Assembly: GCA_965207075.1 (NCBI GenBank)
Contig: CBDBLO010000002.1
Coordinates: 2,121,282 to 2,185,281 of the forward strand
Direction of reading: 5' to 3'
Origin: Nitrosopumilus sp.
GTDB taxonomy: Archaea > Thermoproteota > Nitrososphaeria > Nitrososphaerales > Nitrosopumilaceae
Length of the DNA: 64,000 nt
Below the pieces are notes generated by a model. That model did not search any database. It had not been told where the DNA came from and saw only the letters and a program-made list of their open reading frames with translations. A program made the translations under genes and the position numbers. Numbering within the stretch: the stretch's first letter is position 1; each line of letters begins with the position of its first letter. Below are positions 51,266 through 60,358 of this stretch, piece by piece.

Positions 51266-52198
51266 TCAGAGGGCCGAATCCACCATCAGCGCTATGAACA
51301 GCACCGCCAAATACGGGCTTGAGAACTTGAAGAGCGTCCATGACGCGCGCTCCATGGGTTTTGCAATCACCCATACCGACAGCGCGATCATCAGAGCCCC
51401 GGAGGCCACCGCAGTCCACAGGTACGCGGGCCCCACCATGGCGGTGCCGTCCTCCATTGCAAGGAAGAACGGCACAATGGAGAACGCCACCATCACTACG
51501 GTGGACGCGGCAATCGCCCTTGCAGACGTCCCCTCGGACTGCACCGCCGTCAGCATCGGGACGTCCACCCTGTTGTAGTCCTCCTTGAAGTGCAGGGTCA
51601 GCGCCCAGATGTGCATGGGTATCCATATGAACACGAGGCCCGCCATCGCGAGGCCCATGGTCCACAGGTCCGAAGTCGTTACGGCCACCCAGCCTATCAT
51701 GGGCGGGGCGCCCCCGCACAGCCCGCCGAGTATTATGTTGGTGCGGGACGTGCGCTTTAGCGCGTAAGAGTACACCAGCACGTTGTTGAGCAGGCCGAAC
51801 GCGATGAATCCCGCAGCCCACAGCCCCTGCTCTACCGTGGTGGTGAGCGCTATGGCCCCTGCCAGCACCAGGGACGCGGCGGCCAGCACCAGGCCAAAGT
51901 TCCTGGCCTTTGTGGCCGGGTGTATCCTCTTTGAGGGGAGCGGCCTGTTCTTTGTGCGCTCCATTATGGCGTCGATGTCCCTGTCGTGGTAGTTTGTAAG
52001 CGTGTTTGCAGCCGCCGATCCCGCGGCCACGGAGAACAGTACCAGAGCCCAGGTGGCCGGCGACACTTCCACCCCGTAAATGTTGGACGCCGTCAGCGTG
52101 GCCCCGAACGCGGTGAACACCAACAGGTACCATATCTTGGGCTTTGTGAGCTCATAGTATACGGCCACCCTGGACTGGGACTTTTCGTGCTGCTGCAT
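51266..52198 (-). CDS. ctaB: Protoheme IX farnesyltransferase (heme O synthase)
   Basis: YELTKPKI, DRDIDAIMERTKNRPLPS and WIPMH...DY motifs. Confidence 0.93.
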   Translation of the reverse strand: MQQHEKSQSRVAVYYELTKPKIWYLLVFTAFGATLTASNIYGVEVSPATWALVLFSVAAGSAAANTLTNYHDRDIDAIMERTKNRPLPSKRIHPATKARNFGLVLAAASLVLAGAIALTTTVEQGLWAAGFIAFGLLNNVLVYSYALKRTSRTNIILGGLCGGAPPMIGWVAVTTSDLWTMGLAMAGLVFIWIPMHIWALTLHFKEDYNRVDVPMLTAVQSEGTSARAIAASTVVMVAFSIVPFFLAMEDGTAMVGPAYLWTAVASGALMIALSVWVIAKPMERASWTLFKFSSPYLAVLFIALMVDSAL

Positions 52199-52201
52199 GT
52201 G

Positions 52202-52678
52202 TCAATCATCCCCGGAGCCGCTTCTCATATATGGCATTGCCTTTGCGCGCGACTTCATCTCCACAAAGGACTCGGAGGAGAGCACCCCGTCGATGCGGCC
52301 TATCCTTTCTGACACGGCCTTGTGCATCTGGTCAAGCGACTCTGAATACATCGTTACGAGCATGTCGAACCTGCCGGTCACCTCAGACACGGCGGCGACG
52401 CCGTCTATCCTGAACAGCTCGTCTATTATGTGGTCGCGGCGGTTGGTATCCATCTTGATGCCTGTCACCGCCTTGACGCCGTACCCGAGGGCCTCGCCGT
52501 TGACCTTGATCGTATACCCCTCGATCAGGCGGTTCCTGACCAGCCGCTTTATCCTGGAATACACCACCGACGGGTTTGCGCCTATCTTCTCTGAGAGGCG
52601 CGGCACGGAGACCGACGAGTCCGCCGAAAGCTCCCTCAGAATGGAGACGTCCAGCTCGTCGACCCCCGCGGCAGGCAT
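52202..52678 (-). CDS. Lrp/AsnC transcriptional regulator
   Basis: DELDVSIL...VYSRIKRL HTH and EVTGRFD. Confidence 0.92.
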   Translation of the reverse strand: MPAAGVDELDVSILRELSADSSVSVPRLSEKIGANPSVVYSRIKRLVRNRLIEGYTIKVNGEALGYGVKAVTGIKMDTNRRDHIIDELFRIDGVAAVSEVTGRFDMLVTMYSESLDQMHKAVSERIGRIDGVLSSESFVEMKSRAKAMPYMRSGSGDD

Positions 52679-53008
52679 GAGTCAGGATGCCCTGCGGTTC
52701 TTATAAAGTAAGAGGGGGCTGCTTTTCCAAGGCGCGCGGGGGGCGGCCCTGACTGCCCGCTGTGGCAGAACCGGGGGGCTGTCGCGCCGGGCGGGGCCGC
52801 GCGCCGGGCCCATCCACGGTGACGGCGGCGGCGGGGGATGCCTTGATGGTATGACTCGAACCCGACGCACGCAGGTGTCACAGCTGGAGGACCAGAATGC
52901 GCACGAGCCTTGGATCGGCACCATAGCCCACAAACACGCATGCCTGCCGCGCGATCGTGCGCCCTGCGTCATCCGCCTGCGTGTCCGTCTTCCCCGGCCC
53001 AGCCGGGT

Positions 53009-54523
53009 TCACATCAGAAGCAAGAAGACAGCAGCCGGAATTACCACGTATTCGGATCTTGCCTCCAAGTCATACTTTGAGACAACCAGCCCACTTTTGG
53101 TACCATGGCTGCTGTCAAGAAAGCTCACCAGCCCGGACAGTTCCCTGAAATCAATCCTTTTTCTATACTTGACCTCTATGGGGACCTCTATATCATCCAC
53201 GCCATACAGTACGAAATCCACTTCCCTGTTCCTCTTGTCCTTCCAGTAAAACACGTGGTTGTAATAGTCAAAAGTCTGCTTTTTGTTGCTCAGGGCAAAG
53301 GCCCACCTAATCAGGTGATCTGCCGTCACGCCCTCGACAATCCTTCCCTGGTTGTCCTCCTGATCCACGTAGTCCAGGCTGGCCCCGAAGTTGTCTTTTG
53401 CACTTGCCAGGCCGTTGAACACATGGAGGAAGTACGGGTCGCGGAAGTAGAGCTTCTTGTCACTTCTGATCATTGGGATCTTTTTATCGTCCCCGTACCT
53501 GTGTATGACCGACAGGGCAAACATATCCTTTAGCGTGTATGCGTAACTTGAGGCGGTGTCCGCGCTTCCAATGTCTGCCTCTTTTGACAGACTGTTCCAC
53601 GACGCGTGGCTGCCCTGGCTCTTGATTGCCGCCCTGCAGAACTGCTTTAATTTTGACTCGTTCTTTTGAAATGCGGACCATTGCCCCACGATACTGTCCA
53701 GATAGGCCCTGTATGAGTTCTCATTTATGCTGCCCGTCCTTATCTTCTCGTTGACAATTTTTGGTATCCCTCCAGTTATCATATATTCGCGCAAGAGATC
53801 GTCCAGTTCGTCCCGATGCGCACCCACTTGATAAATTCGGTCGTCAATTTCCTTGCCCAGCAGCCTTTTAAATACGCCTCTCCTGTCCCGGGCCGGCAGC
53901 AGGTGTTTTTTTAACACGTCCCTGATCCTGTCACTCCTCATTGATGCGTACTCTGAAAACTTCATCGGGAGCAGGACCTTGTCATGATTGTCAGAAACTT
54001 CCCCCCTGCGTCCGGGCAGTCTCTCCGCCGCGTTTCTTATGTCGACTGAGTGCGATCCCGTAACCATGACCGTGCAGTTTTCGAGCTTGCCGCTGTCAAT
54101 CAGCCATTTGATTCCTTTTTGCCAATTGGGCACTGATGAGATCTCGTCTAGGAACAAATAGCAGCGGTTCTCCCCGCGCAGCCCGCTGCTTATCTTCATG
54201 TACCTCTCTATAATCCCCACCAGATCCTGCGCCGTGCCTACCAGATCCAGCGTATAGTAGAATATGTTCCATGGGCATATGCCCTTGTCCAGGAATTCCC
54301 TTATCTGCAGCTTGACAAGCGTTGTCTTACCCACCTGTCTTGGACCCCGCAACGAGTACACTACTGGATTGGAAGGCTCAAAGTCATACCTGATGGCGCG
54401 CAGCAGCCCGGGCACGTATCTTGTTGCCGATTCCTCCCAATCCCTGATTTTCTGATCGCTCCGTATGCTTGAAGGGTCCCTCCACCACGGATTGGCGCCC
54501 CACATGGAGCTTTCCTGTGCCAT
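53009..54523 (-). CDS. AAA_14 ATPase with DUF4143 (C-terminal PD-(D/E)xK-like domain)
   Basis: GPRQVGKTT, FLDEI, VTGS, GGIP, KKLYFRD and EVDFV...IEVK motifs. Confidence 0.9.
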   Translation of the reverse strand: MAQESSMWGANPWWRDPSSIRSDQKIRDWEESATRYVPGLLRAIRYDFEPSNPVVYSLRGPRQVGKTTLVKLQIREFLDKGICPWNIFYYTLDLVGTAQDLVGIIERYMKISSGLRGENRCYLFLDEISSVPNWQKGIKWLIDSGKLENCTVMVTGSHSVDIRNAAERLPGRRGEVSDNHDKVLLPMKFSEYASMRSDRIRDVLKKHLLPARDRRGVFKRLLGKEIDDRIYQVGAHRDELDDLLREYMITGGIPKIVNEKIRTGSINENSYRAYLDSIVGQWSAFQKNESKLKQFCRAAIKSQGSHASWNSLSKEADIGSADTASSYAYTLKDMFALSVIHRYGDDKKIPMIRSDKKLYFRDPYFLHVFNGLASAKDNFGASLDYVDQEDNQGRIVEGVTADHLIRWAFALSNKKQTFDYYNHVFYWKDKRNREVDFVLYGVDDIEVPIEVKYRKRIDFRELSGLVSFLDSSHGTKSGLVVSKYDLEARSEYVVIPAAVFLLLM

Positions 54524-54537
54524 GTCCTACTCATATG

Positions 54538-54632
54538 GAACTTCTTTATATGTTATAGATTAACCACCCTGAACTTCTTTATATGTTATAGATTAACCAC
54601 CCTGAACTTCTTTATATGTTATAGATTAACCA
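54538..54632. repeat. 33 bp AT-rich tandem repeat (x2.9) over the putative promoter of the ATPase gene
   Basis: Unit GAACTTCTTTATATGTTATAGATTAACCACCCT. Confidence 0.95.
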
Positions 54633-54961
54633 TTCTCGCAGGAGCGGCATGCCGGAAGCGGCGGCGTCGATAGCCCGGCAGGATGCCTGATCCCGGGGGC
54701 CTGCACGGGAGAGTCCAAGAAATCTGCAAACTCCCCGGACGCGTCCCTCGTACAGGCAAAATCAAGGTCCTCGGAGAATCTGAAGTCCGCAAAGTATGCC
54801 TTCTTCAGGGCCGTCCCCCCCCCCCCCCCGAAGACCATCTCGCCCAGCCTTGGAAAACTCGAGATTCTGTACAGCAGGACCGTTGGGACATAGTCCTTTT
54901 CAAATATTCCAACCGGCACCCGGTTCCTGCGCGCCGGCTTCCTGAGTGTGATCTCGTCCAT
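54626..54961 (-). pseudogene. Truncated AbiEii-type nucleotidyltransferase toxin
   Basis: EKDY, FGGGGGTALKKAYF, RFSEDLDF, then degenerates. Long poly-C tract at ~54816-54829. Confidence 0.75.
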
Positions 54962-55032
54962 CAGCTGCCCCTCCAGGACAGCAAGTCGCCGTCCGACAGC
55001 CCGACTGTCATGCGGTAACGGGGCGACGTCTT

Positions 55033-56518
55033 GGGAATTATACGCATTAGTTCATCGCCGTCATTACCGCTGTAATGGCGGCCCCGAACCGAGCATATTT
55101 TGGGCGTTGTTTCTCCGCTCCGTTTTGGAGTGGTGACGAGCCGATGCTTGGTTTTCGCATCCCCCCTCCGCGGGGAAGCCCGCGGCCAAAAACCTGCCGC
55201 GGCGCGCGTCCAGTTCGCGCCTCACGAAGGCCATTCCCGCCTCCGGAGGGCCTGCCTCCTGCGTGGTGTCGGCGGGGCGCAGGCCGGCCCTCCCGATTAT
55301 TATGGCGGCGCTTACGTCCGCCTGCTGAGTGTAATGGCACGACACGCACCTGAACGTGTCCCGCGTCACGCGGGAGTCACTGTCCGTATGGCCGCACCCC
55401 GGGCACGTCTGGGACGTGTAGTGTGGCGCGACATGCTCCAGAACGACCCCCTCCATCTCGGCGCGGTTCCTGATCCTTTGCTCTATGGCGTGGTGGCGCA
55501 CAAAGCGCATCTCGCGGTTCAGGCCCCTCTTGCGGGAGCCGCCCCTGCGGGTCATGCTTGACAGCTTGAGATCCTCCATGACGATTGCGCGTGGGCGGCC
55601 GGTCAGGCAGATCTCCTTTGCGGCGACGCACTCCGCGTACGTGCGGCGGTTGAGGGCGCGCCTGAGCCTTTTGTTGAGCATGCAGAGGTGGTCACGGTAC
55701 CGCCCGGACCTCCTGTTCTGTTTTGAGAGGCGGCTCTGATGCCTTTGGTACGAGGTGCGGCCGTCCTTGAACGCGGAGGCCGTATCGTACGAGTCGGCGG
55801 CCAGCGGCCTGCCGCGGAGGTCCAGAGTTACCACAACGGTGGGCTCGACCGCGCCGCGGTCCACGCCCTTGATCGTCGTGCCGGGGCCCGTAGAGCGGGT
55901 GGCGGGAACTCCGACGCGGCAGGATACGTACAGCGTGTATCTGTCGCCCGCGATCCGGACGAACTCGTACGACCTGGGCTCTCCTGCAAGCAGCGCGTCG
56001 GGGACGTCGCACCTGACGGTTCCGAACCGTGGGAGCTTTATCAGGCGCCTGTCAACGACGGTGGGCGCCAGGGGACACTTGAGCGCCGCGCCGCGGCCAG
56101 ATTTTCTGGTCCTGTATCTCAGTTCTGATATGGTGTTGCGGCCGCGCCTCAGCATTGACTTGGCCGCCGTAAACGCGTCCCTGATTCCGGCGCTTTGGAT
56201 GGCTCGGGGTACGGAGCGCATCCATTCGTCGCCGCCGCGCTTGTGCTGGGTGAACCTTGCGGACAGGCCGTACTCGTCGTTGGGATCCCACCCCTCCCTG
56301 AGGTTGGAGACGGCCCAGTTGTACGCGTGGCGCTGTCCGTGTCGCATCCTGGTGACATCCGCCTTCTGCTCCGCGCTCAGGCGGACGGGAACGCGGTACT
56401 TTCGATACGTAAACATGAGATTATTACGGTACTATACGGTAATAACGTTTTCGGGCGGGCAGGCGGCGGGGACAGTGGCAGTAGTGTGGGCGGCAGTGAA
56501 CTAATGTATATAATTCCC
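55033..56518 (-). mobile_element. Non-autonomous TIR-bounded element carrying tnpB
   Basis: 22 bp TIRs (20/22) GGGAATTATA[CG/TA]CATTAGTTCA. Flanks GACGTCTT / GATGTGTT (6/8). Confidence 0.75.
55064..56416 (-). CDS. tnpB: RNA-guided nuclease TnpB
   Basis: HAYNWA helix, RuvC GVDRG / VMEDL / QADVSAA, zinc finger TSQTCPGCGH...FRCVSC. Confidence 0.92.
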   Translation of the reverse strand: MFTYRKYRVPVRLSAEQKADVTRMRHGQRHAYNWAVSNLREGWDPNDEYGLSARFTQHKRGGDEWMRSVPRAIQSAGIRDAFTAAKSMLRRGRNTISELRYRTRKSGRGAALKCPLAPTVVDRRLIKLPRFGTVRCDVPDALLAGEPRSYEFVRIAGDRYTLYVSCRVGVPATRSTGPGTTIKGVDRGAVEPTVVVTLDLRGRPLAADSYDTASAFKDGRTSYQRHQSRLSKQNRRSGRYRDHLCMLNKRLRRALNRRTYAECVAAKEICLTGRPRAIVMEDLKLSSMTRRGGSRKRGLNREMRFVRHHAIEQRIRNRAEMEGVVLEHVAPHYTSQTCPGCGHTDSDSRVTRDTFRCVSCHYTQQADVSAAIIIGRAGLRPADTTQEAGPPEAGMAFVRRELDARRGRFLAAGFPAEGGCENQASARHHSKTERRNNAQNMLGSGPPLQR

Positions 56519-56708
56519 GATGTGTTGTTCTGGATCATATCCCATAAGACGAGGCATCCAGGGTTATGGCTGTTTTGTTTTTGGAACGAAACTTCCGTTT
56601 AAAGGAAGTATTGCTACATAAAATATTACAGCCGGGCGGCTGGTGGATGGCAAAAACGATCACGCGTCCGCCGCCGGCCGGGCGCGGGGCAGCCCGCGCC
56701 CTTCTTGT

Positions 56709-58385
56709 TCACGGGCCGCGCCCGTTTGCGCCGTCCCTCATGCCGCCGCACAGGGCCCCGATCGCGTCCCGGATCTCCCTCGCGTGCCTGTCGCTCATGC
56801 AGACGATCCTCGCGACCTCGCCGATCAGCGCGTCGGAGTCCGGGGAGCCCCCCGCGCGCAGCATCTGCTGCAGCCTGTCGCGTACCGCGCGCACCTCGGC
56901 CTGGTCGTCCCTGCCCGGGCCGGCGGCGTCCCCGGCGCCGCCACGGCCCGCCCCGGACGCGGCGGCGGCTCCTTGGCGCCCGCTGAATATGTTGAGCATG
57001 TGGGCCGCCTTTGCGTACTCTGCCCGCACGGTCTCCCCGTATAAAATGGACTGCTTCTCGTACACGTCCTTTGGCTTGTGCCCTATCACGTGGTCGGCCA
57101 CGTCCATCCGGCAGCCGCACTCTATGAGCGTGGACTTTAGGAGGGAGCGCATCTCGTGCGAGTCCACGCGCCACGAGTTCCTGCCGGTCTTCTTCTGCAC
57201 GCCGGAGCCCCAGGCCAGCCTTGCGAACGCGTTTGTCACCCACCCGCTCCCGATCGGCTTTAGCGCGCTCGACAAAAACAGCGGGAGGCCCGCGCCCATG
57301 CCGCGCCCCGTCCTTGAGCGGCGCCAGTCCAGGTACTCCTGCACGGCGGCCACCGCGTCCCGCTCCAGGAACCCCAGGTGCGTGTACCCCGTCTTCAGGC
57401 GCGTCAGCGTGACGGGCACGGGGCACCCGTCCAGGTCCCACATATGGTGGTCCTCCGTCCCGAAGTGGCGCGCCATCTGCCCCCAGGCCTCAAAGTTGAA
57501 CCGGTCTATCAGCGTGGAGACGTCAAGCCCCCTGTGCAGCTTGCAGAGCATTACAGCCTTTTCCGTTATGGTGGGGCTTGCGGCAGTCAGCATCCTGCGC
57601 ACGTCCCCGAGCGTGAGCGTCTGGACCGTCTCCGTGGTGTCGTACGTGGCGGCCGGGTCGAACGCGACCTCGATCCCCTGCTCGTTGCGCTTGAAGTACG
57701 ACAGTATGGCGTTCCGGGTCGAGGCCATCGTCGACGCCCTCTTGCCCCGGTGCGCCGGGTCCATCAAATACCGCTTCACTATGACGGCGACGTCCGAGCG
57801 CACCGCCAGCGGCCTGGCAAGCAGCTCTATCAGGTCCTCGACGCTCCCAAAGGCGGCCTGGCTCACGCGCGCGGCGGGGCCGCCTGCCGGCACGCGCGCG
57901 CCCGAGCACCTCCTCCTGCTAACGCCCCGGTATCCCGCCACGTGGACGGCGTGCGTGCCGCTTGTCAGCCACCTGTTGAAGCGCCACAGGTGCCTCGCGT
58001 ACGACGAGCGCGTGGTGTTGCCGGAGCCGCCGACGTTGGTCCTCGCGCTGCCGCGGAGCTGGCCCAGCCAGAACGAGACGGTCCTCAGGCTCAGGAACTC
58101 GTCGGGTATGTGCCCGTCCTCCACCCTGTCAAGGGCGCCGGTCCTCGCGACGGCGGCAAGCCCGCGGCTCACAACCGAGATGGCAGTCGAGTCGTTTGCC
58201 GGCAGGCGGGGCCTGTGCTCGCTGCAGACCTCCCTGCAGGTGAGCCTCCTGCCGGGCTCAAGGGACCCGAGTATGCCCACCAGCCTCTTTGGGACCTTGG
58301 CCTGCGCATAGTCGGCGGCGGTCGGCCTGCGTATGACCGCGTACGTGATCTCGGGCCTGCCGTTCACACACCACGCGTCGTGCAA
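56709..58385 (-). CDS. Tyrosine recombinase / integrase family protein
   Basis: RLKTG, SHEMRS and VIGHKPKDVY. The first catalytic Arg region is atypical (HRGLD). Confidence 0.8.
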   Translation of the reverse strand: MHDAWCVNGRPEITYAVIRRPTAADYAQAKVPKRLVGILGSLEPGRRLTCREVCSEHRPRLPANDSTAISVVSRGLAAVARTGALDRVEDGHIPDEFLSLRTVSFWLGQLRGSARTNVGGSGNTTRSSYARHLWRFNRWLTSGTHAVHVAGYRGVSRRRCSGARVPAGGPAARVSQAAFGSVEDLIELLARPLAVRSDVAVIVKRYLMDPAHRGKRASTMASTRNAILSYFKRNEQGIEVAFDPAATYDTTETVQTLTLGDVRRMLTAASPTITEKAVMLCKLHRGLDVSTLIDRFNFEAWGQMARHFGTEDHHMWDLDGCPVPVTLTRLKTGYTHLGFLERDAVAAVQEYLDWRRSRTGRGMGAGLPLFLSSALKPIGSGWVTNAFARLAWGSGVQKKTGRNSWRVDSHEMRSLLKSTLIECGCRMDVADHVIGHKPKDVYEKQSILYGETVRAEYAKAAHMLNIFSGRQGAAAASGAGRGGAGDAAGPGRDDQAEVRAVRDRLQQMLRAGGSPDSDALIGEVARIVCMSDRHAREIRDAIGALCGGMRDGANGRGP

Positions 58386-59145
58386 ACCCTACTTAATGCG
58401 CCGTGTCAAGAAACACTCGCAACTGGATAAATTTTTTTGACAGCAGGCCGCCGTCTGTTGCGCGGAGGCTAGCCCGCCCCAAGTTTAAGAGGCCGGCGAA
58501 GCAGCGTTTTGCATTGCGCCGATCGCGCAAACCCGTGAGGGCCGGGCTGGAAAAGGGGCGGGCCGACCGCGCCATCAGGGAGCGCCGGAAGGGCGGGGGC
58601 GGGCCGGGGGCGCATGCAGCGGATGCGGCCAGTCCCGTGATGCGGGAAGGGTCCGCGCCCCGCAGAGTCCGTGGAGAATGGAGTCGGTCCCCCGCCGGGG
58701 AACGGGCCGGGGCGGCGGGGGCGTGCAGGACGGTGCCTGCGGGTGTTGCAAGGATTGCGGAATGCCCGCGCGGCGGGGGCGGGGCGGCAGGCTGCGGCGC
58801 CGCATGCAGGATCGCGAAGTGGGGGCGGGGCGGTCACGCCGCCTGCGGCGAAACCGCGCGGGCGCAGGCGGGCGCGCTGCGGGCGCAGACGCCCCGGCGC
58901 GGAGCGGCATACGGGCCGGCATGGACGAGAGGATCGCGTTTTCGCGGCCACGAACCGACTACGTGCATTGACGGCCCGCCAAGACGCGTCGCGGCCGCTG
59001 TCGCATTCGGGGGGCCACCGGGGACTCGGCCGCCGCCCTGAAAAAGTCAGCCAAGAGCCCGGGGCGCCTGCCGTCATACCGCCATGCAGTACGGGCGGCG
59101 CCGCGGCTGCAAATTCTCTTATGTGCCCGCCCCACTGCAAGGGAC

Positions 59146-60243
59146 ATGCCAGGCGCTGAGAAGCGGAGCCCCGAGGGCAGGCCCCCGCACACCAGCCCCG
59201 TCACGGAGTGCCTCGAATCAGACATATTCAAAGGGTCTGAAATGTTCCCCCCGGGGATGAGCCCGGGCCATGCGGCGTCCTACGCGGACGCCGTGCGCCG
59301 CGGGCTGCAGGGCCGGTGGGGCGATTCGGCCGAGTGCGTCGACCGCATATGGGATCCTGACGGAGCCACCCCGTTTATGCTGCTCCTCAGGGCCGTCCAG
59401 TACTGCAAGACGGGCAGGGGCGCCGGGAGGGTCCACGAGCTCATAGACATGATGCGGGGCGCCGGAGTCCCGGCACCGGACGTATACCACATCAAGGGCG
59501 CCATCTCATTTGAGATGTACAACGACGGCAACGCCGACGAGATCCACAACGCCGTCCGCTACATCAAGAAGGCGTGCGAGGGCAACCGGGACAACGCAGA
59601 ACGCCACGCCATGGCCACTACCATCCTGCTTGCAAAGCACTATGCGGGCGCGGACGAGATACACGCCCGGGGCGGGCGCGGGGTCGGCGATACGGGCATC
59701 CTCGGGGACGTAATCCGCATCGGGCTCAGGGCGATCCGGCTCGGAAGCACCGATCCGATCCTGCACCTGAACATGGGAAACGCCCACCTGAACACGGGCC
59801 GCACAAGAGAGTCGATCCGGTACTTTGAAGAGGCCCTCAGGTACGACCCGCGCCTCGCCGAGGCCAAGCTGATGATCGGCACTGCCATGGCCAGGGGCAT
59901 GCTCGACGACGAGACGAGGAGCGGGACGCTCCACCCCGACTCGGACTACAAAAGGGCCATTGCGTGCATCGACGAGGCGATGGAGATGGGCGGGCCGAGC
60001 GAGCTTGCGCTCACCACCAAGGCGGACGTCCAAGTGGCGATCGACGACGCGGACGGCCTGAGGGGGACGCTGTCGCGCCTTGCGAGGTTCAAGCCGTCCA
60101 ACATGCCCGACATAGTGTGGCGCATACAGCTGCACGCCCTGGCAGGCGACCCCGAAGGGGCCAAGCCGTACATACGGCAGGCCGCCGAGCTTGATCCGAG
60201 CATGCGGTTCCTTGACGACGTCAGGGGGATGCCAGGCGCGTAG
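59146..60243 (+). CDS. TPR-repeat protein
   Basis: LHLNMGNAHLNTGRTRESIRYFEEALRYDP and similar repeats. Start may be ATG 59242. Confidence 0.8.
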   Translation: MPGAEKRSPEGRPPHTSPVTECLESDIFKGSEMFPPGMSPGHAASYADAVRRGLQGRWGDSAECVDRIWDPDGATPFMLLLRAVQYCKTGRGAGRVHELIDMMRGAGVPAPDVYHIKGAISFEMYNDGNADEIHNAVRYIKKACEGNRDNAERHAMATTILLAKHYAGADEIHARGGRGVGDTGILGDVIRIGLRAIRLGSTDPILHLNMGNAHLNTGRTRESIRYFEEALRYDPRLAEAKLMIGTAMARGMLDDETRSGTLHPDSDYKRAIACIDEAMEMGGPSELALTTKADVQVAIDDADGLRGTLSRLARFKPSNMPDIVWRIQLHALAGDPEGAKPYIRQAAELDPSMRFLDDVRGMPGA

Positions 60244-60358
60244 GAACGCGGCCGCCTCTTGCCCGCGACACGAGGGCGGAGGGCGGGCCGGCGCGCAGTT
60301 CCCAGAGCCGGCCGCGGGCGCGAACTTGATTTTTAAAGAAGGCTGGCGCACCCGGGGC

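Noticed and set aside
52830-52950. GGGTTCGAGTC on the minus strand suggesting a tRNA
   Set aside because: No T-stem or acceptor-stem pairing could be built.
54538-54632. Possible mini-CRISPR near TnpB
   Set aside because: Exact tandem copies without spacers.
56566-58311. 581-aa plus-strand ORF and many other long antisense or alternate-frame ORFs
   Set aside because: Shadow ORFs of real genes in high-GC DNA, with Arg/Pro/Ala-rich composition and no motifs.
58400-59140. Long ORFs or ncRNA between the integrase and the TPR gene
   Set aside because: Low-complexity GC-rich sequence with no supportable coding or structural signal.
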